DNA from: an uncultured virus (IMG/VR IMGVR_UViG_3300030330_004305)
Lineage: Duplodnaviria > Heunggongvirae > Uroviricota > Caudoviricetes
Virus record (IMG/VR): IMGVR_UViG_3300030330_004305
Length of the DNA stretch: 64,000 nucleotides
Direction: 5' to 3' (one strand)
A program made the translations under genes and the position numbers. This document shows positions 1 through 8,604 of the stretch, piece by piece. The number at the start of each line of letters is the position of its first letter. Within the stretch, counting starts at the first letter, position 1. The notes under the pieces are model-generated. The model did no database searches. It was given only the letters and a program-made list of their open reading frames with translations, and was not told the DNA's origin.

Positions 1-82
1 CGATACTTAATATAGAATGGAATGAGTTGCTCGCCTTGGTGTTCTTGGCGATATTGACTATAAATGCTATTGATACTATGAT

Positions 83-277
83 TTGGAGAAGAAAATGAAT
101 AAAGTAGTAATTGAGCTAGAATTTGATGCAGAAAATGGAAACAAGGTCTTGAACTGCGATGTATACGATTATCTACAAGATTTAATTGAAGATGAGAGTT
201 TAGACTATACGGTTTATGACCCTGATGGTAAAAGTTATGGAGTAATTGATTACCGATCTATTGAAAAGGATACATAA
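83..277 (+). CDS. small acidic hypothetical phage protein (probable start ATG 95)
   Basis: ORF track; GGAGAAG RBS-like sequence before ATG 95. Confidence 0.55.
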   Translation: MEKKMNKVVIELEFDAENGNKVLNCDVYDYLQDLIEDESLDYTVYDPDGKSYGVIDYRSIEKDT

Positions 278-460
278 ATTGGAAGATGAAGAATTTTTGA
301 CAAGAAAAGAAGTAATAGAATTGATTAGTGAAAGAGTCAATGACAAATTATGGTGTTCAGATGAGAAACTTATTCTGGAAACTGCTGAACTTGTTGGTAT
401 TGATTTTATTAGTCATTACTGTGATTGTGGATTATTTGTCAAAAAAACCTCAAGTACCAC

Positions 461-488
461 TTGACAATCAGCCGATAGATGTTATAAT
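461..488 (+). promoter_or_regulatory. sigma70-type early promoter
   Basis: TTGACA-16 nt (contains CCGATA)-TATAAT. Confidence 0.75.
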
Positions 489-684
489 GAATGGAGAGTG
501 GAAACGATTTGGACAACTAAACTTTGATGACAAGGTTTGGGTAACTAATGAAAGATGATTATGTTAGCTTGTATTCAATGTGCATTTAGTGTGGCACAAC
601 TGATAGGTATTTTCTCTATTTGCATAGCCCCACTATTATTTACTTTTAAACAAATTTTTAGTATCAAAAACCAAGGAATCTCTG

Positions 685-930
685 ATGAATAATAAGCAAA
701 AAGTTTTGTTTAATAAAGAAGAAACTGAAAAGGTATCTTACGATTTTTCTCTTGATAGCATTATCAGTGTCGAGGCTCCTATAGGTACAGACCCCGATGT
801 TTTGTGGGAACAAGCATTTAATCAGCTATATGATAGAGTCATGCAGCGTGATTTAAATTTTAGATTTGAAGAAATTTTTGACAAAGAAACTGGTGCTTAT
901 GATAAAGACTGGGAAGGATACAGTCGATGA
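685..930 (+). CDS. hypothetical protein
   Basis: ORF with AAGGA RBS, overlaps next start (ATGA). Confidence 0.6.
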   Translation: MNNKQKVLFNKEETEKVSYDFSLDSIISVEAPIGTDPDVLWEQAFNQLYDRVMQRDLNFRFEEIFDKETGAYDKDWEGYSR

Positions 931-1232
931 GTAAATATAGAGTAGAACATAGAGATGATAGATGGTGGATCATTTCAAATGAAAATAACCGACAAGCATC
1001 ATATTCTAGCAAACAAGGTGCTGAATACGCTCTCGACATGATGGAACTTGCCCAACAACAAAAGAAGAAAAGAATGAATAAACTTAATGATTACGTTGTC
1101 TGCTTGGATAGTATGCGTGTGGTTACGGCAGAATCAGAAGAAGAAGCAGAAAAACTAGCAAGACAAGAATTTATCGAAATGTTACAACGTGGTGAAGGAA
1201 TATTAGATGTGATGGAGGAATTTGATGTATAG
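927..1232 (+). CDS. hypothetical protein
   Basis: ORF track; VTAESEEEAEKLA is a common small phage protein motif. Confidence 0.6.
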   Translation: MSKYRVEHRDDRWWIISNENNRQASYSSKQGAEYALDMMELAQQQKKKRMNKLNDYVVCLDSMRVVTAESEEEAEKLARQEFIEMLQRGEGILDVMEEFDV

Positions 1233-1392
1233 GTCAATTACTATTGATGACCACACAGAGGTGGTTGTTGATAAATATTTTATCGAAGATATTTGGGAGC
1301 TTGCATTTGGTACAGGTGCTTATGAACTAGATTATACAGCAGAAGAAGTTTTAGATAAATTAAGAGTGCTATTGGAAGATAAGGATGAATAA
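1225..1392 (+). CDS. hypothetical 55-aa protein (not in ORF track)
   Basis: MYRSITIDDH...LLEDKDE*, GGAGG RBS, fills the gap between neighbouring ORFs. Confidence 0.6.
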   Translation: MYRSITIDDHTEVVVDKYFIEDIWELAFGTGAYELDYTAEEVLDKLRVLLEDKDE

Positions 1393-1870
1393 AGCATTTG
1401 TTTTTGATTTCGATGACACTTTAGCAAAAACTAAAGCTACTGTCATAGTGAAGCAAGCATTTGGTCGTTCATTTAGACTAAGTGCTTCTGAATTTAATCA
1501 ATATAAATTAAGCGTAGGCGAATCATTTGATTTTTCTGAATTTAGAATACCTGAGTTAGTCAAAGATGGTAAACCAACCTACTTGGTTAGTCTGGCAAAA
1601 GAAGTGTATGATGAGAATCATTCTGTTTATATATTAACTGCAAGAGAGCATGATGTTTCAGATGCAATTCACTCTTGGCTAGAAAATTATGGAATAAAAC
1701 CTAAAACAATATTTTGCGTAGGAGGTACAAGTAAAACTATTTCAAAAAATAAAAGAAAAGTTCTTTTGAGTATCATGGAGCAATATGACAAAGTATACTT
1801 TTATGACGACTGTTCAAAGAACATTCAAAACGCTCCGAACGGATTTAACTTTAGAAAATACAAGGTATAA
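1385..1870 (+). CDS. HAD-superfamily hydrolase
   Basis: FVFDFDDTL (DxD motif I), ILTAR (motif II), FYDD (motif IV). Confidence 0.8.
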   Translation: MNKAFVFDFDDTLAKTKATVIVKQAFGRSFRLSASEFNQYKLSVGESFDFSEFRIPELVKDGKPTYLVSLAKEVYDENHSVYILTAREHDVSDAIHSWLENYGIKPKTIFCVGGTSKTISKNKRKVLLSIMEQYDKVYFYDDCSKNIQNAPNGFNFRKYKV

Positions 1871-1880
1871 GGATAACAAA

Positions 1881-2297
1881 ATGAAAAATATTTTTTTGAG
1901 TGTAATTTTAGTTTTTTTGATGAGCAATTCTGGTAATTGCCAAGATTTTAAATTTAAAGCTGTAAAACCATGCTCAGTATTAAAAGGCTCTGCTGTTTAT
2001 GTAGGCGAAACAAGTTGTAAAATTTTGAAAGGTGCAAAAGATATTGTTACAGCACCGTTTACAACTCCCGTTCCGATGCCAGAGGTAAAATATTACAAAT
2101 ATACTTTCCCTAAGTTTAAATTTGAATTTAAGAAAGGTAGACTACAAGAATTGAAAAAGGTTCCCTTTTGGAAAAAGCAATTAGATCAAGAACAACAAAT
2201 TCCAGAATTAGAAATTTACGATGGAGAGGAATACCATTATCCACTACATTACGATAATCCTTCTGGTTTGAATGAAATTGTTTTATTTAAATGGTAA
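1881..2297 (+). CDS. secreted hypothetical protein
   Basis: AAGGA RBS before ATG 1881; N-terminal signal-peptide-like MKNIFLSVILVFLM. Confidence 0.6.
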   Translation: MKNIFLSVILVFLMSNSGNCQDFKFKAVKPCSVLKGSAVYVGETSCKILKGAKDIVTAPFTTPVPMPEVKYYKYTFPKFKFEFKKGRLQELKKVPFWKKQLDQEQQIPELEIYDGEEYHYPLHYDNPSGLNEIVLFKW

Positions 2298-2304
2298 AAC
2301 AAAT

Positions 2305-2375
2305 GGTGCGGTGGATCGGTTATCCAAGCGAGTCTTATATACTCGCCTCCGTGGGTTCAACTCCTACCCGCACTA
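2305..2375 (+). tRNA. tRNA-Ile (anticodon UAU)
   Basis: Acceptor GGTGCGG/CCGCACT, short D arm GGAT-CGGTT-ATCC, anticodon arm GCGAGT-CTTATAT-ACTCGC, T arm GTGGG-TTCAACT-CCTAC; CCA not encoded. Confidence 0.8.
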
Positions 2376-2400
2376 CTTGGAGGACTAGCTATCCTCCATC

Positions 2401-2551
2401 GGAAGGTGGCTGAAAATACGGGAGCAAGAACAGCACGCGAGGCTTAACCGGACGGGCAAGTGCTATACATGGTTAAGATAGTGGTTAAAGTAGGAACAAT
2501 GCCATAACTGGCTCCGAAATTTGTGGGTAAAATGTAAATCCCACCCTTCCA
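2401..2551 (+). ncRNA. tRNA-like structured RNA with internal pseudoknot
   Basis: GGAAGG/CCTTCC termini, GTGGG/CCCAC T-like arm, GGAGC/GCTCC helix, crossing helices AGCAC/GTGCT and CTTAACCG/TGGTTAAG; located inside the tRNA cluster. Confidence 0.65.
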
Positions 2552-2563
2552 TTTTTATTTTAC

Positions 2564-2637
2564 GGACTCGTAGCTCAGTTGGTCAGAGCAGGAAACTCAT
2601 AATTTCTTGGTCGGGGGTTCAAGTCCCTCCGAGTCTA
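2564..2637 (+). tRNA. tRNA with CAU anticodon, probably tRNA-Ile2 (lysidine type) rather than Met
   Basis: Canonical cloverleaf GGACTCG/CGAGTCT, loop CTCATAA; AGCAGG..ACTCATAAT..CTTGGTC resembles bacterial Ile2 tRNAs. Confidence 0.85.
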
Positions 2638-2641
2638 CTAC

Positions 2642-2714
2642 GCTCGCATAGCTCAATGGATAGAGCAACAGACTTCTAATCTGTAGGTTGTAGGTTCGAG
2701 TCCTACTGCGAGTG
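2642..2714 (+). tRNA. tRNA-Arg (UCU)
   Basis: GCTCGCA/TGCGAGT acceptor, ACAGA-CTTCTAA-TCTGT anticodon arm, GTAGG-TTCGAGT-CCTAC T arm. Confidence 0.92.
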
Positions 2715-2716
2715 CT

Positions 2717-2872
2717 ATGAAAAAGTTTTGGAGAATCTGGGCAAAAGCCCTTGGTGAAAAAGTCGGTAATAACAGAGAAGCGGATACAATCGCTTTGATT
2801 AGAACCGTTATAGTTTTACAGGCAATAATCTGTAATATTTTAATCATGTGGAATATTTTAAGGAAATGGTAG
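2717..2872 (+). CDS. small membrane protein of the WRIWAKALGEK type seen in aquatic phages (not in ORF track)
   Basis: MKKFWRIWAKALGEKVGNNREADTIALIRT...; hydrophobic C-terminus. Confidence 0.7.
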   Translation: MKKFWRIWAKALGEKVGNNREADTIALIRTVIVLQAIICNILIMWNILRKW

Positions 2873-2921
2873 CTTTTTAATAGGCTACTTTTTTTAGTGT
2901 ATTTATTAAAGGGTAAAACAA

Positions 2922-3101
2922 ATGCCAATATTTAAATTAAGAGATTTAATTGACGAAATTAGAGATGGTATTACAATTTCTGTTGAACTTGAGGATGATT
3001 TTTATTCTAAATTAGGACATATTATTTCTAATGGAAAAGGAGAATTGCCAGTAAAAATCAAAATAAATCTGGACGAACCAGTTGACAATGACGATAAGTA
3101 A
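2922..3101 (+). CDS. hypothetical 59-aa protein (not in ORF track)
   Basis: MPIFKLRDLIDEIRDG...DNDDK*; AAGGG RBS; GTGTAT motif upstream. Confidence 0.55.
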   Translation: MPIFKLRDLIDEIRDGITISVELEDDFYSKLGHIISNGKGELPVKIKINLDEPVDNDDK

Positions 3102-3109
3102 TGTATAAT
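3082..3109 (+). promoter_or_regulatory. sigma70-type early promoter upstream of sigma factor gene
   Basis: TTGACA-ATGACGATAAGTAATG-TATAAT. Confidence 0.8.
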
Positions 3110-3156
3110 CAAAGCGTGACACTTGTAAACCAATCTCTACTTAACAAGGAAATTAA

Positions 3157-3930
3157 ATGAGCGTAGAATATAGAAATAACATCAGAAAGAACTACAAGTC
3201 TTTACCAAAAGAAAAGCAACAAGAACTATTCAATAAGATTGCAAACGGAGACTTTTCTGCTAGAGATGAGGTTATTCATTCATGCTTGCCCTTGGTTTAC
3301 GATTTGGCAAAAAAGTTTCATTACAACAACAGGCATGTTGACTTGGAGGATTTGATTCAACATGGAAATATCGCTCTGATTAAGGCTGTTGATAATTGGG
3401 ATATTAAAAAAGCAACAATAACTACGGTTGCTACCTATTATATCAGAAACTCTTTGATTGATATGATTAAAGATAGTAAATATAATATTAAATCAAAATA
3501 TGATATGACTCGACAAGCCGCAGAAGATATTTCAAAAATCAAATCTTGTGGAAGCGTAGACCCAGAAGAAATTGTTAGACTAACAGGACTAACTAACAAA
3601 AGAGTAAAGTTATTGCTTGGTATTATGAATGGTAAGCGTATAGACTATACGCTAATGAATACCTCACTTCATAATAAAGATAACTATGAGAATATAGGAG
3701 ATTCTAATTTAGATGGATGTCTTGCTGATGTAATTTCTATGATTGAAGATAACATAGAATCACAAAGAGACAAAGATATATTTTTTACTTGGATTAAGTA
3801 TATCAATAAAAACAATAAAACTAGAATCGTTGCAGAAAAAGTAAACGCAAGCATTAACGAAGTTGCTGAGAGCGTAAAGAAAACAAAAACAACATTAAAA
3901 AGTTTAGCAAGAGAAATGCAAAATGCCTAA
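3157..3930 (+). CDS. phage-encoded sigma70-family RNA polymerase sigma factor
   Basis: Region 1.2/2 motifs GDFSARDEVIHSCLPLVYDLAKKF, DLEDLIQHGNIALIKAVDNWD, TVATYYIR; divergent C-terminal HTH. Confidence 0.85.
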   Translation: MSVEYRNNIRKNYKSLPKEKQQELFNKIANGDFSARDEVIHSCLPLVYDLAKKFHYNNRHVDLEDLIQHGNIALIKAVDNWDIKKATITTVATYYIRNSLIDMIKDSKYNIKSKYDMTRQAAEDISKIKSCGSVDPEEIVRLTGLTNKRVKLLLGIMNGKRIDYTLMNTSLHNKDNYENIGDSNLDGCLADVISMIEDNIESQRDKDIFFTWIKYINKNNKTRIVAEKVNASINEVAESVKKTKTTLKSLAREMQNA

Positions 3931-4201
3931 GTATTATATAAGAGATGGTGAAGAACAAGCGATTATAGACTCTCACAACGCTTTGTCTGCTTGCATGATT
4001 GCTGTTCTTAAAAAATTTAATAGTATTCAAGTAAATGGATATTATTGGGTTTCTGAGAGAGGTTTTAGTCCTCATCCAGATAATGTTAAGATTGATTCTA
4101 ATATAGTTAATATGCTAATATCAAAATCATTAGGATTTAATTTAGAAGATTTTGTTGACTATATGGATGAAAATGAAGAAAAATTTGAAGATGACCCTTG
4201 A
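3923..4201 (+). CDS. hypothetical protein
   Basis: ORF overlapping the sigma factor stop. Confidence 0.6.
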   Translation: MPKYYIRDGEEQAIIDSHNALSACMIAVLKKFNSIQVNGYYWVSERGFSPHPDNVKIDSNIVNMLISKSLGFNLEDFVDYMDENEEKFEDDP

Positions 4202-4225
4202 CAATGCCGATACCTATGGTATAAT
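4198..4225 (+). promoter_or_regulatory. sigma70-type early promoter for rIIA-like gene
   Basis: TTGACA-ATGCCGATACCTATGG-TATAAT. Confidence 0.85.
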
Positions 4226-4263
4226 AGAGACATCAACCAACCAACCACTTTGAGGACAATTAG

Positions 4264-6192
4264 ATGAAACTGGAAACTGCACCACAAGACGTTACCATCA
4301 ATGGCGATTTTGAGCAGCGTGATGTTGCTATCGGTGACGTAGCTTTTATTCTTGATATGTTTGCAGACAAGGTGTACTCGCACAAGGAACGTGCAGTTAT
4401 CCGAGAGTTAGCGTGTAATGCACATGACTCTCACGTTATGGCAGGTACTACGGACGTACCATTTGAAGTACACTTGCCTACTCAGCTTGAGCCTTGGTTT
4501 TCCTTGCGTGACTACGGTACAGGTCTGCCAGACGATGACATCGCTAACATCTACGGTGCTATTGGGGTCAGCACCAAGCGTGACTCCAATGAAGTCATTG
4601 GTTGCTTTGGTATTGGTAGTCTGTCTCCATACTCTTTGTGTGATAGTTTTACTGTTAAAAGTTATCTTGATGGCATAGTTCGCACATACCAATGTATGCG
4701 TGATGCAAAGCGTCAACCAAAGGTCATACCTCTTGGGTCAGCACCTACGAACGAGGCTAATGGTTTGGAAGTCAAGCTCACTGTTGACGGTAAAATTTCA
4801 GAGTTTGAAAAAGAGGCAGCAAAGGTATTCATGTTCTGGGAAGGTACACTGCCAGAAATCAACAGTCAACAAGTGTCTCGCAAATGTCAAGACATGCGTG
4901 ATAGATATGTTTTTAAAGATGATGACTTTGGACTCACTCCATCATGGGGCGATATGTATGCTCTCATGGGCAATATCGCATACAAGATTCCGAGCGAGCT
5001 TGATGAATTTGACTGTGATGGTTATTTGAAGTTTGATCTCGGAGAACTAGAGTTTGATACTGCTCGCGAGAACCTGTCTATGACCGACAAGACCAAGGCA
5101 GCACTCAAGGCTAAGTTTGCGTCAGTAAAAGATAAGCTCACTGAGATTGCCATTGAGCAGATCGAAGCAGAGGATACTCCGTTCAAAAAAGCAGCACTCG
5201 CAGAGACTTTGAGTAAGGGTCAGATAGGCAGATTCGTAGGTCGCAAGAACCTAGAGGATTATGCACTACCCGAACCAGCAGAATCGGTGACGTACTGGCA
5301 GTCTAAATATCGTGGCAGCGAGAAGTATAATACCCATCAAATTGCTGCTATCGGAGATGTTAAATATTACTTACATAAAGATCGGATGACTACTCGTATC
5401 AGGTCATACCTAAAAGATATGAGTAATGGTCATACCATGTATATCTTCAAGGACTTGGCACAGGCACAGGAATGTAACATTCCAGTAGATATGCTAGAGG
5501 ACTTGGATGATCTGCCAAAAGTTCAGCGTGTGTCCTATGGAACAGTTAGCAAGTGTAAAACTTTAAGTTTCAACTCTAATGCTAGAGGTTGGGGTTACAA
5601 TGATGCTGATTATTGGTCTGAGACAGAGATCGAGCTTGATGGTTCAGAGATCGTCTATGTTGAGGTCAATCGTAACAAGCCTGTTTATACCGGAACGGAT
5701 GGTAGAGATGGCTGTAAATATACCCACAGTAATGGTCAGATCAATTCTACGCTTGCAACTGCCAAGGATCATATCGGTGAGATCGAATTGGTTGGACTCA
5801 AGACTGCTTTCCTAAAGACCGCAGCATTTCGTAAGGGTAACTTTATCCATCTGGATGATTACCTCAAGCGAGAGTACGCAAAGAAAGCACCTAAAACTTA
5901 CTTTGAGTATGAAGATGGTGATTTGGATACGTTTAAAACGATCAACGAATACATTGACAATGATGAGGTTCGTGAGATTGTTGAACTTGCAGACTCTTGC
6001 AAGAACGATGAGATTGCAGGCATCTGTCAGCGTCTTGGCGTTACTGTTGAGATAACCAAAGATACCATGCTGCAAGAGATGATGGACGAATGGAATGATC
6101 GTCATAAGATGTTGACGTTTGTTTCTGACTGGGATATCAGTAGGAATACACAGATCATCGCAGAATATATTTCAGGAAAAGTTAAAGATTAG
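4264..6192 (+). CDS. rIIA: rIIA-like protein with N-terminal GHKL (HSP90-like) ATPase
   Basis: VYSHKERAVIRELACNAHDSH, RDYGTGL, STKRDSNEVIGCFGIGS, ELEFDTARENLS; rIIB-like gene nearby. Confidence 0.85.
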   Translation: MKLETAPQDVTINGDFEQRDVAIGDVAFILDMFADKVYSHKERAVIRELACNAHDSHVMAGTTDVPFEVHLPTQLEPWFSLRDYGTGLPDDDIANIYGAIGVSTKRDSNEVIGCFGIGSLSPYSLCDSFTVKSYLDGIVRTYQCMRDAKRQPKVIPLGSAPTNEANGLEVKLTVDGKISEFEKEAAKVFMFWEGTLPEINSQQVSRKCQDMRDRYVFKDDDFGLTPSWGDMYALMGNIAYKIPSELDEFDCDGYLKFDLGELEFDTARENLSMTDKTKAALKAKFASVKDKLTEIAIEQIEAEDTPFKKAALAETLSKGQIGRFVGRKNLEDYALPEPAESVTYWQSKYRGSEKYNTHQIAAIGDVKYYLHKDRMTTRIRSYLKDMSNGHTMYIFKDLAQAQECNIPVDMLEDLDDLPKVQRVSYGTVSKCKTLSFNSNARGWGYNDADYWSETEIELDGSEIVYVEVNRNKPVYTGTDGRDGCKYTHSNGQINSTLATAKDHIGEIELVGLKTAFLKTAAFRKGNFIHLDDYLKREYAKKAPKTYFEYEDGDLDTFKTINEYIDNDEVREIVELADSCKNDEIAGICQRLGVTVEITKDTMLQEMMDEWNDRHKMLTFVSDWDISRNTQIIAEYISGKVKD

Positions 6193-6195
6193 GAC

Positions 6196-6223
6196 TTGAC
6201 TTTACCGATAAGTATGTTAAAAT
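6196..6223 (+). promoter_or_regulatory. early promoter
   Basis: TTGACT-TTACCGATAAGTATGT-TAAAAT. Confidence 0.7.
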
Positions 6224-6255
6224 CAAATAAATAACCAACCAAAATGGAGATTAGT

Positions 6256-6600
6256 ATGACTATGACTGCTAGTAAACCAAGAAAAAAAATAGAGAAAGCA
6301 CCTGTGCATGTAAAAGAAAAAAAGCCAACTATTCCAAATGATATTTTAAAAGTGTTTCTTGACCGAAATATTAACAAAGAAGATAATAAAAAAATCAATA
6401 TGGTAGTTGATGGATTTCTATGGCAACTAGGAAATATTCAACGATATAGAATAAATGTCTGGATGAAAGAACCAATAGACGGTATGTTTTGTGAAAGACA
6501 TTGGATAGGTTATAGTTGGTTTGTCCACTACGATGTAACCAATAAAACTTTAACTGATAAAAGTATTGCACCTAAACCAAAAAAAGAAAAGATTTTTTAG
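6256..6600 (+). CDS. hypothetical protein
   Basis: GGAG RBS; RYRINVW motif. Confidence 0.6.
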   Translation: MTMTASKPRKKIEKAPVHVKEKKPTIPNDILKVFLDRNINKEDNKKINMVVDGFLWQLGNIQRYRINVWMKEPIDGMFCERHWIGYSWFVHYDVTNKTLTDKSIAPKPKKEKIF

Positions 6601-6610
6601 CGTTTACCCC

Positions 6611-6638
6611 TTGACAATGGCAACTTTTAGGGTATAAT
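6611..6638 (+). promoter_or_regulatory. early promoter
   Basis: TTGACA-16 nt-TATAAT. Confidence 0.8.
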
Positions 6639-6670
6639 AAAGTAACCAATCACTTTTTAGGAGAATTAGG

Positions 6671-6856
6671 ATGAAGAATGTAGTTGTGGAAGTTCAAGAT
6701 GGTATTGTCACGGCAGTTTACTGTCCAGACGAAACTTATAATGTACACATCTTGGATTTAGATGATATGGAAGTAGAGCATGATCTTAATGTTCAACAAT
6801 ATTATCAAGATGTAGAACAAATTACCAATGAACTCGTTGACTGTACTTCACTTTGA
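6671..6856 (+). CDS. small acidic hypothetical protein
   Basis: AGGAG RBS; VVVEVQDGIVTAVY. Confidence 0.65.
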   Translation: MKNVVVEVQDGIVTAVYCPDETYNVHILDLDDMEVEHDLNVQQYYQDVEQITNELVDCTSL

Positions 6857-6871
6857 ATAAGGAACTCTAAT

Positions 6872-7714
6872 ATGCTTACGCACACAAAATCTAATGACAA
6901 TCACTGGACAGTTGTTCTTGATGGTCAACCGCATCAATTTGACCACACACACCCGCACTATTCAAGTCTTGTGGAATGTGTACACGCTGGAAATGCAACG
7001 GAATTTATTACAATTCTAAATACTGGTAGTGTTGTAGAGGACTGGTCAGAAGGTGACTTTGAGTTTCGGGACGGTTATCTGTATTTTGAAGAGGAGCAGG
7101 TTGCTAATGATCCTACAAGCCGTATTATTCAATGTATCCAGCAGGGTTTTCCTCACAAGCCTATGCTGAACTACCTGACTAATCTTTATGATAATGTCAG
7201 TGAGCGTGCGGTTCAGGAGTCTTATACTTGGTCTAGCCACAAAGGTTTGCCAATTACTGAAGATGGAATGATGGTTGGTTACAAAGGTGTTCGTCCTCAT
7301 GTTGGGGATACAATCAAAGTCAAGAATGGTGAGCTTGCAGAGGGTGATCTCGTTGACATTTACACTGGCAACACGTTTCGGAACAATGTGGGAGACAAGT
7401 GCAGCATGAAGCGTAGGCAAGTCTGTGATGACCATACGCAAGGGTGTTCCTCCGGTCTGCATGTGGGTACTTATGAGTACGCTTGTAATTGGGCAGGTAA
7501 CTCTGGAGTTGTTGTTCTTGTAAAGTTCAATCCAAAAGATATTGTTAGTGTTCCATCTGATTGTGAACATCAGAAATTGCGAGTTAGCGAATATGAAGTC
7601 ATCAATATCGCTCGTGAGCAACTAGAGGAAGCAGTATACTCAGATGAGGATGAAGATTCTTTAGAGTATTGGATGGATGTTGAAGATGATTATGAGTCAG
7701 AAGTAGATTTCTAA
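6872..7714 (+). CDS. rIIB: rIIB-like protein
   Basis: LPITEDGMMVGYKGVR, CSMKRRQVCDD, CSSGLHVG, VKFNPKDIVSVPSD are typical rIIB motifs. Confidence 0.85.
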   Translation: MLTHTKSNDNHWTVVLDGQPHQFDHTHPHYSSLVECVHAGNATEFITILNTGSVVEDWSEGDFEFRDGYLYFEEEQVANDPTSRIIQCIQQGFPHKPMLNYLTNLYDNVSERAVQESYTWSSHKGLPITEDGMMVGYKGVRPHVGDTIKVKNGELAEGDLVDIYTGNTFRNNVGDKCSMKRRQVCDDHTQGCSSGLHVGTYEYACNWAGNSGVVVLVKFNPKDIVSVPSDCEHQKLRVSEYEVINIAREQLEEAVYSDEDEDSLEYWMDVEDDYESEVDF

Positions 7715-7734
7715 TCGTGGTTGGTTAGATGATA

Positions 7735-7771
7735 TGGGTTGTGGGTCGATTGTGGCCCCAACCCTATTTTA
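7735..7771 (+). terminator. intrinsic terminator
   Basis: GGGTTG-TGGGTC...GGCCC-CAACCC hairpin followed by T run. Confidence 0.6.
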
Positions 7772-7790
7772 ATTATTATTGGAGAAAATT

Positions 7791-8210
7791 ATGAGTAAAA
7801 TTAAGTATAAGGTTGTCCTTCCTGCTGTAGATATTCCAGATTCTTGGACTAATTATCACAGAGATGTTATTATTCAAACTGAGGTTCCTGCTGGAGATTC
7901 TAGGAATGTTTTATTTTCAGATAAAGTTGATGAAAATGAGTTTGAATTTGAATTTGAAGCCATTGAGAACCAAGAGGATATTGTAATCAGAGTTGATCTA
8001 AACAACAATAAACCCGCAGATAGATTCCATGCTACAGCAGGTTTTGATACAAAGATTTATGATACCTTTTCTGTTATAAATATGTCTGGTAAACCAGAGC
8101 CAGTAGTCGAGCCTGATCCTGAGCCAGCGGTAGAACCTGAGCCAGAAGTTGATGACGACGAAGATAGTGATGATGGGGATAATAAGCGTTCTTGGAAATC
8201 ATTTATTTAA
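7791..8210 (+). CDS. hypothetical protein with PEP-rich acidic tail
   Basis: GGAG RBS before ATG 7791; KPEPVVEPDPEPAVEPEPE. Confidence 0.6.
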   Translation: MSKIKYKVVLPAVDIPDSWTNYHRDVIIQTEVPAGDSRNVLFSDKVDENEFEFEFEAIENQEDIVIRVDLNNNKPADRFHATAGFDTKIYDTFSVINMSGKPEPVVEPDPEPAVEPEPEVDDDEDSDDGDNKRSWKSFI

Positions 8211-8220
8211 CAACTTTGAC

Positions 8221-8250
8221 GGGGGTTGAAACACACCCCCCTTTATTTTT
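8221..8250 (+). terminator. intrinsic terminator
   Basis: GGGGGT...ACCCCC hairpin then TTTATTTTT. Confidence 0.65.
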
Positions 8251-8253
8251 CAT

Positions 8254-8604
8254 ATGAAAGCAAAACCAAAAAGCTACGAAATAACTGTCAACTATATTTG
8301 CGACCACTGCAATAACGGTTTTAGTTTATATAACAGAGACATACCAACAATAAAAACTGAAAAAGTTAGATGTCCTGACTGTAGTGAAATGGTTTATATT
8401 GAACCTCTTGATATATTTATAGAGCCTAAAGCACCTGTAAAGTCTTGTAAAAAAATATTTCTTAAAACACTTAGGAATTATGGCTACTCATCTGAAGAAA
8501 TCAAGAGTATGCTTGTAAAAGCTAAGATAAATGATTTTCCAGAAGAAAAGTTATCTGTACTACTAAAACTAGCTTTGGCACAAGCAGGAGATTCAAATGA
8601 ATGA
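8254..8604 (+). CDS. Zn-ribbon protein fused to RuvA C-terminal (domain III)-like helical domain
   Basis: CDHC...CPDC; C-terminal LRNYGYSSEEIKSML...LSVLLKLALAQ resembles the RuvA-III pattern L..LGY...EA......LIR.AL; overlaps ruvB start. Confidence 0.6.
   Translation: MKAKPKSYEITVNYICDHCNNGFSLYNRDIPTIKTEKVRCPDCSEMVYIEPLDIFIEPKAPVKSCKKIFLKTLRNYGYSSEEIKSMLVKAKINDFPEEKLSVLLKLALAQAGDSNE

Noticed and set aside
2653..2928. Minus-strand 91-aa ORF
   Set aside because: It is the antisense of tRNA-Arg and of a better-supported + strand 51-aa gene (2717-2872).
4408..7621. Long minus-strand and alternate-frame ORFs within rIIA and rIIB
   Set aside because: Shadow ORFs expected in GC-richer, codon-biased genes; no RBS or recognisable motifs.
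8090..8150. GAGCC/GAACC short repeats
   Set aside because: They simply encode the Pro-Glu linker of ORF 7791-8210.
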